Assembly: GCA_035335845.1 (NCBI GenBank)
Contig: DAOQNB010000001.1
Span: 509-64,508, forward strand
DNA: 64,000 nucleotides
DNA from: Acidobacteriota bacterium
GTDB lineage: Bacteria > Acidobacteriota > Blastocatellia > Chloracidobacteriales > Chloracidobacteriaceae
Reading direction: 5' to 3'
Shown piece after piece: positions 20,179 to 29,185 of this stretch (the stretch's first letter is position 1; each line of letters begins with the position of its first letter). The notes beneath the pieces were generated by a model. The model saw only the letters and a program-made list of their open reading frames with translations, was not told where the DNA came from and made no database searches. A program made the translations under genes and the position numbers.

Positions 20179-23100
20179 GTGCCTGAAGCTCAGGCGCTTA
20201 ATTCAGGAGTCGCGATTCGTGAATTGGCTGCTCACCCCTTTGACCAGGATGCTGTCAAAACAGTTGAGCGCATTTTGTTATCTGTGATGCCGGATCATTC
20301 AGGTGGTCAACAGGCTGACGCCGTTCGATATTTTCTCCAGTGCCTGCTCGAAGAATTATGTTCAGTCAAGAAACTCCGTGAATTGCTTTCCCTGATTTAT
20401 CAGCAAAAGTCGCTGGCGCTTGAGATGAAGCAAGTTGAAATCAGTCAGAAGACTTTGGACGTGCTTGATCATCGAATGCCAGTTCCGCCTGATATTCAAA
20501 AAGCCCAACGCCAGTACCTGGACTATGTCGTGAGATGGAATCGTAAGCTTGAGGCACAGGGAATTATGCCGACCCATCGCTCAGTGACGCTGCCGCTTGA
20601 TGAAATTTTTGTCAGATTGACGTGTGATACAGAAAAGACAGAGTTTGAGCCGTTGAAACGAAGGCTGGAAAAATCAAAACTTGGAATTGTGGAGACGCCC
20701 GGATTTGATAACGAGTTTTTAGAGGATTGGCCCTTAGCTGAACACCTGTCAGCAGTGGTGCAACCCGAAGATGTGGACTTATCACGTATCATTGCTCATC
20801 ATCGTCAGGTGGTCATTTTGGGCGATCCCGGTTCGGGGAAGACCACACTCATGCGGTTTCTGGCATTTCATTTTGCCCGTGAATTTCGAGATCATGGCCC
20901 ACAGGGAATCGTGACTGATAAAGATGGTCAAACGTATGGGGCAGCTCGCTTTCCGATACTGATTCGCATTTCGACTTATGCCGAGGAACTGCGGCTCAAT
21001 CACAACACGTCATTCAGAGAGTTTCTTGCTGTACCATTTGGGGATACTGGGATTGAGTTGCCGGTTTTGAAACGTATTTTTGATCAAGTACTCCAGGATG
21101 GTGAGGCTCTGGTGCTGCTAGATGGCCTGGATGAGGTCACTGAGTTTCATGACCGTTCACAGCGCATTGCAAGTTTTGTATCGGCTGTTTCACCCAGGAA
21201 TCATTTTGTGGTGACCAGTCGAATCGCTGGCTATCGAGCTGCCAGATTAAGCGGGGACTTTCAACAATTCACCTTGCGGAAATTTGACAAGCCTCAGATT
21301 GAAGCGTTTCTCAATCAATGGTGCCTGGCCGTCGAACAATTTCACTATCCCGATTTGGCACCGTCTGATGTAGGTCGGCTGGCTCAACAGGAAATAGATG
21401 GAATCCTGCAGGCGGTGCATGAAAGTCGAGGCGTTTTAGAGCTGGCATCCAATCCATTGATGTTAATCATCCTGGCGTTGATTCACCGAAATGGAAAACG
21501 GCTTCCAAGCCGTCGAATTGAACTCTATGACTTGGCCGTAAAAACACGGTTGCGGGACTGGCAGCTCCAGCGAGGGTTAAGAATCGAACACGTCGTAAAA
21601 GAAAAAGATGCACTGTTGTTTTTGGCGCCGCTAGCATATTGGATGCATCAGGAACGGCCAACCGGACTGATAAAAACAAGCGAAGTGAAAGCCAGATTGA
21701 TGCCGTACCTGGCTTACTCGCGCCAGGTTTCGGTTGAAGATGAAAAAATTGAAGAAGACGTTGATGACTTTTTACGTCGGGTCAGAGAACATACGGGGGT
21801 TTTTGTCGAGCGGACGACCGGCCGGTATGGATTTATGCACCTGACGTTTGAAGAGTATTTTGTGGCACGTGAGATTGCTCGTCGAGCGAAGGAGTCAGCG
21901 GAGAAAATATACCCCTATCGGCATCATCCAAGATGGCATGAGCCGATTATGTTGGCTATTGGATTTATCAGTACTGATCGCCCAGATGATGCTTCTGAAT
22001 TGGTCCAAACTGCGATTCTTGGGGAAGGAGAAGAAGCCGGCCAGAAAAGTTTTACGGCAAGCCTCTTTGAGGACGTACTCCACCGGGATTTATTGCTGGC
22101 GGTTCAATGTCTTGGTGACTGCAATTCGACTGACACTGCTTTTCGCAAGCAAATTGTAACCAAATTTACTGAAGTCTACCTTGAGAGTCAGAATCTCCCA
22201 TTTGATAAGCGAGTTGAACTGGTACTGAAAAGGCTCAAAGGCAGCGATCTTGAAGCCGACTTGGTGGAAATCGCATTGAATCATCTTGATCATGAGAATG
22301 ATCGAAAAAGAGCAAAAGCGGTCACAATTCTGGGAGGATTGGCATTTTCAACACCTCAGCTTATAGATCAAATCCTTGACATGCTGGCGGATCAAAGTGA
22401 AAGCGTTCGAATTCAGGTCATTGTATATTTTGCCCAGTTTGGAAATCCTTCTCCTGAAGTACTCAAGAAAGTATTTGCTTCCATCGATACTGAACAAGGA
22501 ATGGTTCTGAATGCTGTCCCTTTTCTTTTTTGGAAAATGGAAAAACTATCTCCGGCGATAGAGACTATTCTCGAAGCGTATCTGGAAAGAGGAGAGTTCG
22601 TTGTTCAACTCAACATTGCGAGCAGGTTGAGTGGCTCTCCGGAAGCTGCAATAAGAGCGACCGGGAAGTTGATTGAGCGGATGAAGGGGTTGAGTGGGAT
22701 TGAAAAAGGTCAGGCAATGCTTTTGATCGGTGTGATTGGATGTGCAACCAGGATGGTTATACAGGCACTGGTTGAGCAACTTGAAGACCAGAATCCGGCT
22801 GTTCGTGAGGATGCCGTTATGGGGTTGAGTGAATTGTCTGGCAAGTCCCCAGACGTTTTACCGATTTTGTTGAAATATCTCAACGATACGAACAAAAAGG
22901 TAAGGTGGCAGGTAGTACGAGCGCTTGGGAAAATACCAGATCCCTCAGAAGAAATTGGTCTCATCTTGACTGAGAAATTAAATGATCAGAGCTGGTACGT
23001 TCAATCCTTCGCGGCAAGAAGCCTGAAACAATTGAATATGGTCTCTCCTCAGGTTGCCGAATCCTTCCTGGTCCGCTTAACAGTCGGAACTCAAGAAGAT

Positions 23101-23709
23101 GTGATTGTCACCCTTAAACTTCTTGGGATACTCGGGGTTGCGACCCAACGAACTGAAGAAACACTCTTGCGGTATGTGAAAGATGAGCGCGGTGAAGTTT
23201 GGCAAGAGGCACTCAAAACACTGTGTGACCTGAATTCCAAATCAAAGGTTGTTCTTGAAATGGTGACGAGTGCATTTGAAGATCAAAGCGAAATAGTTCG
23301 CCAGGAAGCGATTCAGTTGGTCAGAAAATACCAGTTTGCGACCCCTGGAATACTATGCCGGCTAGAGAATCTCCTGGAGAATGAAAGTGAAAAGATTCAG
23401 ACTGAAGTGCTCTATACTCTTCAGAAGCTCAAGGTCATCAATGAAGGATTATTAAAAAAACTTACCGAAAAGATCATAAACGAAAGTGAACTGGTTGGTG
23501 CACTGGCTGCATTTACTCTGGCACAATGTATAAAGTCACAGCCGATTCAATCTAATGAAGTCAAATCTCGGATCTTGAAACACACGTTCTCGGCATTTCA
23601 GCAATGTAACCAGGCATACCAAATCAGAATGGAATCGGGGCTTGTTCAACCTGGTTACGAGGTGTTGTGGGAACCACTATGGCAGATGTGTGAGGTTTTT
23701 GAGGTTTAG
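20179..23709 (+). CDS. NACHT-family STAND NTPase with C-terminal HEAT repeats (bacterial NLR-like)
   Basis: Walker A is VVILGDPGSGKTTLMRFL and Walker B is ALVLLDGLDEV. The pre-NACHT motif LPLDEIFVRL is present. The C-terminal roughly 500 aa consists of repeated HEAT/PBS-lyase-like units (e.g. DQSESVRIQVIVYF, DQNPAVREDAVMGL, NKKVRWQVVRALG, DQSEIVRQEAIQLV). The GTG at 20179 is the first canonical start after the in-frame TAG. Confidence 0.85.
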   Translation: MPEAQALNSGVAIRELAAHPFDQDAVKTVERILLSVMPDHSGGQQADAVRYFLQCLLEELCSVKKLRELLSLIYQQKSLALEMKQVEISQKTLDVLDHRMPVPPDIQKAQRQYLDYVVRWNRKLEAQGIMPTHRSVTLPLDEIFVRLTCDTEKTEFEPLKRRLEKSKLGIVETPGFDNEFLEDWPLAEHLSAVVQPEDVDLSRIIAHHRQVVILGDPGSGKTTLMRFLAFHFAREFRDHGPQGIVTDKDGQTYGAARFPILIRISTYAEELRLNHNTSFREFLAVPFGDTGIELPVLKRIFDQVLQDGEALVLLDGLDEVTEFHDRSQRIASFVSAVSPRNHFVVTSRIAGYRAARLSGDFQQFTLRKFDKPQIEAFLNQWCLAVEQFHYPDLAPSDVGRLAQQEIDGILQAVHESRGVLELASNPLMLIILALIHRNGKRLPSRRIELYDLAVKTRLRDWQLQRGLRIEHVVKEKDALLFLAPLAYWMHQERPTGLIKTSEVKARLMPYLAYSRQVSVEDEKIEEDVDDFLRRVREHTGVFVERTTGRYGFMHLTFEEYFVAREIARRAKESAEKIYPYRHHPRWHEPIMLAIGFISTDRPDDASELVQTAILGEGEEAGQKSFTASLFEDVLHRDLLLAVQCLGDCNSTDTAFRKQIVTKFTEVYLESQNLPFDKRVELVLKRLKGSDLEADLVEIALNHLDHENDRKRAKAVTILGGLAFSTPQLIDQILDMLADQSESVRIQVIVYFAQFGNPSPEVLKKVFASIDTEQGMVLNAVPFLFWKMEKLSPAIETILEAYLERGEFVVQLNIASRLSGSPEAAIRATGKLIERMKGLSGIEKGQAMLLIGVIGCATRMVIQALVEQLEDQNPAVREDAVMGLSELSGKSPDVLPILLKYLNDTNKKVRWQVVRALGKIPDPSEEIGLILTEKLNDQSWYVQSFAARSLKQLNMVSPQVAESFLVRLTVGTQEDVIVTLKLLGILGVATQRTEETLLRYVKDERGEVWQEALKTLCDLNSKSKVVLEMVTSAFEDQSEIVRQEAIQLVRKYQFATPGILCRLENLLENESEKIQTEVLYTLQKLKVINEGLLKKLTEKIINESELVGALAAFTLAQCIKSQPIQSNEVKSRILKHTFSAFQQCNQAYQIRMESGLVQPGYEVLWEPLWQMCEVFEV

Positions 23710-23811
23710 TTTTTGAGGGTTTGATCATCGTATATTGATCAAGAAAAGCCCATTTTTAAGTCAGTTGAACCTGATGGGCGCAAAGTCTATAGAAACCTGT
23801 TAACGGGTCGT

Positions 23812-23843
23812 AAAGCCTATGTCGGCGCGCCGACATAGGCTTT
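23812..23843. repeat. 32-nt perfect palindrome containing copy 2 of ATGTCGGCGCGCCGACAT, terminator-like, downstream of the NACHT gene
   Basis: AAAGCCTATGTCGGCG|CGCCGACATAGGCTTT is followed by TGTTTT. It lies about 100 nt after the stop at 23709. Confidence 0.8.
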
Positions 23844-24400
23844 TGTTTTATGTGTAAGTATTTGATTTTAAATGATTTGTATCTACGACTACTGCTTGTT
23901 TTGAAGTTCCTGTATTGCTGGCTATACCGCCGACAATGTCTGCCGACATTTTCGCAAACAGAAGTTGGAAACACGGTATTCACAGGAAAATTGCAGGCAG
24001 TCTCAGACCATGCTCGATAGACATAATCTGGTTTTTCAGTCTGATAAACTATTTGAGTGAGAAGAGAGGCCTTTTCCTCTGGTGATCGCCCAATTGTATC
24101 GTTGAGGTTGAACCTTGATTATTTATGAGGCAGGGAAGGTGTGAGGTTCTTCGAAGGCTCCCCCGACCAGAATCAGGCAAATTCAAATGCCAGATCTTTG
24201 TTCAGGTTTTTTTGGAGGTGGCCTCAGCAGGTGTAGTTGACAGGTTCAGACTTTGGGGATTTCGAATAAACGGGTGACCCTCTGCGGAGTGGATCGTTGG
24301 AATCTTCATCTGCCACCAGTGGTTTGGGTCATAAGGTCACCGTCAGGAGACCCAAAGACGAAAGCGTTCAAACCTGGACACCCTGAGCAAGAGGGAGGCT

Positions 24401-25030
24401 CTAGCGGTAGAGGCGTTTCATTGACTCTTTTAAGAGGAAAGAGAACTCACGTCGTGACTCTTCTTTGAGGCATTGGGTGACTGCTTTTTCAGCCGCTGCA
24501 GTTTGCCACCCGAGATTGACCAGGGCTGACACCAGGTCTGATTTGAGGAGTGTTTCCTGATGTTGACCGGGGGTTGATTCCGGGGTTGAAGCTGGTGCTG
24601 AGTTTCCACCTGTCTCTGGTACGGAGAGTGCGGTGAGTTTATCGCGAAGTTCAACGACCAGCCGTTCGGCGGTTTTTTTGCCAATCCCTGGAATACCAGA
24701 AAGACGGCGGATGTCTCCATTTTTCAACGCTGAAATAAGCTCATCAATAGTGAGTCCTGAGAGGATCGTGAGGGCTAATTTGGGACCGACACCAGAGACA
24801 GATATGAGTCTGATAAAAACTTCCTTTTCGAGTTTTGTGCTAAACCCGTACAGGATCAATGCATCTTCGCGGACGATCATTTGAATGTGAAGAGAGATCG
24901 GTGATCCATTTTCGCCAGCCTGATAGAAGGTAGAGAGGGGGATGAATACGTCGTATCCAATGCCTCCGACATCAACAATAAAATTCGATGGATTTTTTTC
25001 AAGTAATTTACCGGTCAGGAACGCAATCAT
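24401..25030 (-). CDS. ruvA: Holliday junction branch-migration complex subunit RuvA
   Basis: MIAFLTGKLLEKNPSNFIVDVGGIGYDVFIPLSTF, plus HhH motifs LISVSGVGPKLAL and LSGIPGIGKKTAERL. Confidence 0.93.
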   Translation of the reverse strand: MIAFLTGKLLEKNPSNFIVDVGGIGYDVFIPLSTFYQAGENGSPISLHIQMIVREDALILYGFSTKLEKEVFIRLISVSGVGPKLALTILSGLTIDELISALKNGDIRRLSGIPGIGKKTAERLVVELRDKLTALSVPETGGNSAPASTPESTPGQHQETLLKSDLVSALVNLGWQTAAAEKAVTQCLKEESRREFSFLLKESMKRLYR

Positions 25031-25416
25031 AAGAAAAATAAATTGAAGTAAAAAGAAGGTAGGTGATAGGTTGGCTACACCCTACTTGAAACCGGCAATG
25101 AGGATCAAGCGAAATCCAGGCTGTTCGAGAGAGAAGCGGTCGTTGATTTATTTAATGTGATTACATATGTTAAGATGTAGAAGATATATCTGTAAGCATA
25201 ATTTGTAATTTGTTAATTTTGCGTAATTTATTGATATTAATTTTGTAAATAGATGGGAATACAGTTATGTAATCTTTGAAATTACTTGTAAATACTATAT
25301 TAGACGTGACAGTAAATCCGGCTGACTGGACATCCCGAGTTGAAATTCCCTGTTGTTTGGGGAAAGATGGCGAAGACTTCAAAGATCAATCTCAATCTGA
25401 TTCTACCCACAAAAAA

Positions 25417-26856
25417 ATGAAGCTCATGAAACGCATTTTAATTGTCGATGACGACATCGAATTTCGACAGGTTTTAGAGCAACTTATGCTCCATGAAGGT
25501 CACTGGGTCAGGGTGGCCGAATCCTCAGCGAAAGCCATCCAGTTATTCCGCGAAATGGCCAACACACCTCAGCCATTTGATCTGGTGATTTCAGATATGA
25601 TGCTGGGTGATGGGTCAGGCCTCGATGTGCTCAGTGTTGTCAGAGAAGTGACAACAGACATGCCGTTTATCTTTGTGACTGCTTTTGGTTCGATGGAATC
25701 TGTTGCTGAAGCGATTCGCAAAGATGTGTTTGACTATGTCGCTAAACCATTTGATGCTGGTGAATTATTGCGGGTCGTCAGACGTGCACTATCAAAGCTT
25801 TCGACTGAAATTGAACCAACACTTGAAGTCCCGGATTCAGTGGCTGGAAGTCTAAAAATCATCGGGAGCAGCCCGCCGATGATTGAGCTTTACAAGGCCG
25901 TCGCCCGGGTTTCGGCAACGGACTCAACCGTATTAATGTCAGGGGAGTCAGGAACGGGAAAAGAACTGGTAGCCCGGGCAATCCACAATAATTCATTGCG
26001 CGCCCATCGTCCGTTCATTGGGGTTAATTGCGGTGCTTTTCCTGAAACCCTGCTGGAAAGTGAATTATTTGGGCATGCCAAAGGTTCGTTCACTGGTGCC
26101 AACACCGAGCGAATCGGAATCTTCGAAGCGGCGGCTGGTGGTACCGTTTTTTTAGACGAAATCTCTGAAACCTCACCCAATTTCCAGGTCAAACTCCTGC
26201 GCGTTCTGCAGGAACATCGCATTCGCCCGGTTGGGTCAAATCAGGAGCGGGCGGTTAATGTCAGATGGCTGGCGGCGACCAATCAACCGTTGACGATTCT
26301 GGCACAGTCAACTTCATTTCGGCGGGATTTGTTTTATCGATTAAGTGTGATCAACCTGCGACTGCCGGCATTACGGGAACGTCGAGAAGATATTCCGCTC
26401 CTGGTTGAGTATTTTATTCAGCGATTTAATGCCCGGCAGCGGAAGGCCGTCCGGCTGGCTGAAGGAACCATGGACTGGCTGGTCAAACAGGATTGGCCCG
26501 GCAATGTTCGGGAACTTGAACATGCCGTTGAGCGAGCGGTCACCATGAATATCACCGGGGAATTGATCCCACAGGATTTTCTTCAATTCGGTCTCTTTGA
26601 CATGGCGCAGCCAGCCAGCAGCCAGCCAGCAGCGGTTCAGGAGACGTCGTCAACGATCACCAGTTGGGTTTGTACGTTACCTAAAACCCTGGATGAGGTT
26701 GAACATGAACATTTACTGGCGACTTTGAGCTATACCCAGGGAAACAAGGTCCGGGCGGCTGAGCTTTTAGGTATTGGACGGTGGTCACTCTATCGAAAAG
26801 CCAAACGACTTGGAATTAATATTGGGACTGATAATGATTTATCCAGCGAAAAATAA
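25417..26856 (+). CDS. sigma-54-dependent response regulator (NtrC family)
   Basis: The REC domain is ILIVDDD...DLVISDMMLGDGSG. The AAA+ sigma-54 interaction module carries GESGTGKELVARAIH, ESELFGHAKGSFTGA and VRLLAATN-like motifs. A C-terminal Fis-type HTH is present. The ATG at 25417 (MKLMKR) is preferred because the track start at 25276 is an upstream extension. Confidence 0.92.
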   Translation: MKLMKRILIVDDDIEFRQVLEQLMLHEGHWVRVAESSAKAIQLFREMANTPQPFDLVISDMMLGDGSGLDVLSVVREVTTDMPFIFVTAFGSMESVAEAIRKDVFDYVAKPFDAGELLRVVRRALSKLSTEIEPTLEVPDSVAGSLKIIGSSPPMIELYKAVARVSATDSTVLMSGESGTGKELVARAIHNNSLRAHRPFIGVNCGAFPETLLESELFGHAKGSFTGANTERIGIFEAAAGGTVFLDEISETSPNFQVKLLRVLQEHRIRPVGSNQERAVNVRWLAATNQPLTILAQSTSFRRDLFYRLSVINLRLPALRERREDIPLLVEYFIQRFNARQRKAVRLAEGTMDWLVKQDWPGNVRELEHAVERAVTMNITGELIPQDFLQFGLFDMAQPASSQPAAVQETSSTITSWVCTLPKTLDEVEHEHLLATLSYTQGNKVRAAELLGIGRWSLYRKAKRLGINIGTDNDLSSEK

Positions 26857-26872
26857 GAAAGGCAAAACTATA

Positions 26873-29185
26873 ATGACTGTCCACCTTGCGGGCACTCGAA
26901 CACCGGACACTTCGTTCGTCCCTTCAAGCGCTTATCCGGTACTGCAACCAGCCACCAGGTACACACCCACCACATTCTTTTCCCCATATACCCGTTTTCT
27001 GAACGGGCCACGAATAGTGTGGGGTCTCTTTTGTCTGGTGCTGTGCGGAGGTTGGGGAATTCCGACCTGCCCGGTAAGCGCTGCTACCGATACCCAGTTT
27101 TGGGAAGCGTTCCGTCAGGCTGATATTTTAAAAGGAACTGTAACGAACCTCTCTGTCTCAGATCGGGGCAGCCTGTCAGTATCACCACGCAATGAAGTCA
27201 TCTTTGATACCCGCCAGCCCTACATCTGGTCGTGTGTGCGTGATGGACAGGGGGGAGCCTACATTGGGACCGGGCATGACGGACAGGTTTACCGGGTTGA
27301 TCGGGCGGGCCAATCAAAACTGGTTGCCGATTTTGATGAACTGGATGTAACCGCCCTGGCGGTTGATTCCACAGGTAAGGTCTGGGCAGCAACCTCCCCC
27401 AATGGAAAGGTGTATCAAATTGACCCGAATGGAAAAACAAGTGTGTTTTTTAACCCTGGAGAAAAATATATCTGGGCACTTGAGAGAACCCCTCGCGGGG
27501 AGCTGGTTGTGGCAACTGGAGACAAAGGGGTTATCTATCAGGTGGATTTGACCGGAAAAAGTGTGGTGGTGTTTGACTCAACAGAAGTCAATATGACTTC
27601 CCTGGCAATTGATCCGCGAGGGGTCATCTATGCCGGAAGTGATCCAGGCGGTATTGTCTATCGCATTGAAGGACCTGGAAAGGCCTTTGCAATCTTTGAT
27701 TCCGCATTGCGTGAAATTCACCGGTTGCAAATTGGAAAGAATGGAACCGTCTTTGCCCTTGCCGTTGGCGACAAAGCCGTTCGGCCAGCCAGTGAACCCC
27801 TCTCAACCGGGAAAGAGTCCGTTTCGGTGACCTTGCTGGCTGATTCACCTTCGCCTGGTGCACCTGTCAATCTGGTCAATACCCGTTCGGAGACCGGTGG
27901 GGCACAATCGGTACTATATGGCATCGAAGCCGACGGTGGAGCTGAAATCTGGTGGGGATCAACCGAACTGGTGGGGCTGGATTGCGTTGAAACACCGCAG
28001 GGGACAGTTCTGCTTGGCACCGGGCCTCAGGGACGGTTATTTGAAGTTGATCGCCAGGGGCAAACCCAACTGGTCTTACAGACGACAGAAGACCACATCT
28101 CACATATTATGGCTGGTGCTTCAAGCGACCTGTGGCTCACAACCAGTAATTTTGGGAAAGTATGGAAAGTCACACCAGCCAAAGCTTTAAGTGGAGTTTA
28201 TGTTTCGTCGGTCCAGGATGCAAAATTTGTCGCTGACTGGGGAATGATCTCCTGGCGTGGAACTGGCGAAGTTCGGGTGCAAACACGAAGCGGCAATACG
28301 GAAACACCTGATGGTACCTGGAGTGACTGGTCAGTTGAGGCGACCCGGGCTGAAGGTGAGCCGGTCAAAAGCCCAGCCGCACGTTACCTTCAATGGCAGA
28401 TTCGGATGACTGATACCAGTCGTGTCGATAGCCTGCGCGTTGCCTATCTTCCAAAAAATATGGCACCTCGAGTGACGTCCTTGACGGTGTTATCACCAGG
28501 AATTGCCCTTCAGGAGACTTTCCAGCCTCCACTTGATCCAGCCATCACCACGGCTGGGCTTGATCCGACCCTTTTTGGATTGAGTGGTACCCTGCCTCCA
28601 CGCAAGGTCTTTCAGAAAGGTGCCCGGTCACTGCAGTGGCAGGGTGAGGATGCCAACGGAGATCAACTTGTATATCAGGTGTACTACCGTATCCTGGGGC
28701 AGGCGTCCTGGTTGCCGCTTGGGGAAGCTCAGCGGGCGTCTTTCTATCTGGTCAATGCCGATGTTTTGCCGGATGGCCTGTATGAATTCAAGGTGGAAGC
28801 TAGTGATATGCCTTCGAATCCAGCCAGCCGGGTACTGGTCGGATACCAGATCAGCGATCCCGTCGAAGTTGACAATACACCACCCGTCATCAATGTACGT
28901 GGAGAGCCGATTCACGGTGTCACCGGGACGACCGTTGAATTTCAGGTGATTGATCAGATGAGTATCCTTCGTCGGGTTGAGTATAGCGTGAATGGCAGCA
29001 CCTGGAGCCCGCTCAGTCCGGTTGATCGGATTTCCGACCAGAAAATGGAAACATTCCGATTGGAACTCAACCCTTCGACCTCGGTTCAACTGGTGGCAGT
29101 TCGGGCTTATGATGGGGCCGCCAATGCTGGGACTGTGACTGTAATGATCAACGGAAGTGGAAAGAAATCACCGGAGGCCAAGTAG
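26873..29185 (+). CDS. membrane-anchored or secreted beta-propeller repeat protein with a C-terminal Ig-like region
   Basis: About 771 aa from the ATG at 26873, with a hydrophobic N-terminal segment VWGLFCLVLCGGWGI. Repeated G(K/Q)VY(Q/R)(I/V)D blades include GQVYRVDRAG, GKVYQIDPNG, GVIYQVDLTG and GIVYRIEGPG. The function is unknown. Confidence 0.75.
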   Translation: MTVHLAGTRTPDTSFVPSSAYPVLQPATRYTPTTFFSPYTRFLNGPRIVWGLFCLVLCGGWGIPTCPVSAATDTQFWEAFRQADILKGTVTNLSVSDRGSLSVSPRNEVIFDTRQPYIWSCVRDGQGGAYIGTGHDGQVYRVDRAGQSKLVADFDELDVTALAVDSTGKVWAATSPNGKVYQIDPNGKTSVFFNPGEKYIWALERTPRGELVVATGDKGVIYQVDLTGKSVVVFDSTEVNMTSLAIDPRGVIYAGSDPGGIVYRIEGPGKAFAIFDSALREIHRLQIGKNGTVFALAVGDKAVRPASEPLSTGKESVSVTLLADSPSPGAPVNLVNTRSETGGAQSVLYGIEADGGAEIWWGSTELVGLDCVETPQGTVLLGTGPQGRLFEVDRQGQTQLVLQTTEDHISHIMAGASSDLWLTTSNFGKVWKVTPAKALSGVYVSSVQDAKFVADWGMISWRGTGEVRVQTRSGNTETPDGTWSDWSVEATRAEGEPVKSPAARYLQWQIRMTDTSRVDSLRVAYLPKNMAPRVTSLTVLSPGIALQETFQPPLDPAITTAGLDPTLFGLSGTLPPRKVFQKGARSLQWQGEDANGDQLVYQVYYRILGQASWLPLGEAQRASFYLVNADVLPDGLYEFKVEASDMPSNPASRVLVGYQISDPVEVDNTPPVINVRGEPIHGVTGTTVEFQVIDQMSILRRVEYSVNGSTWSPLSPVDRISDQKMETFRLELNPSTSVQLVAVRAYDGAANAGTVTVMINGSGKKSPEAK

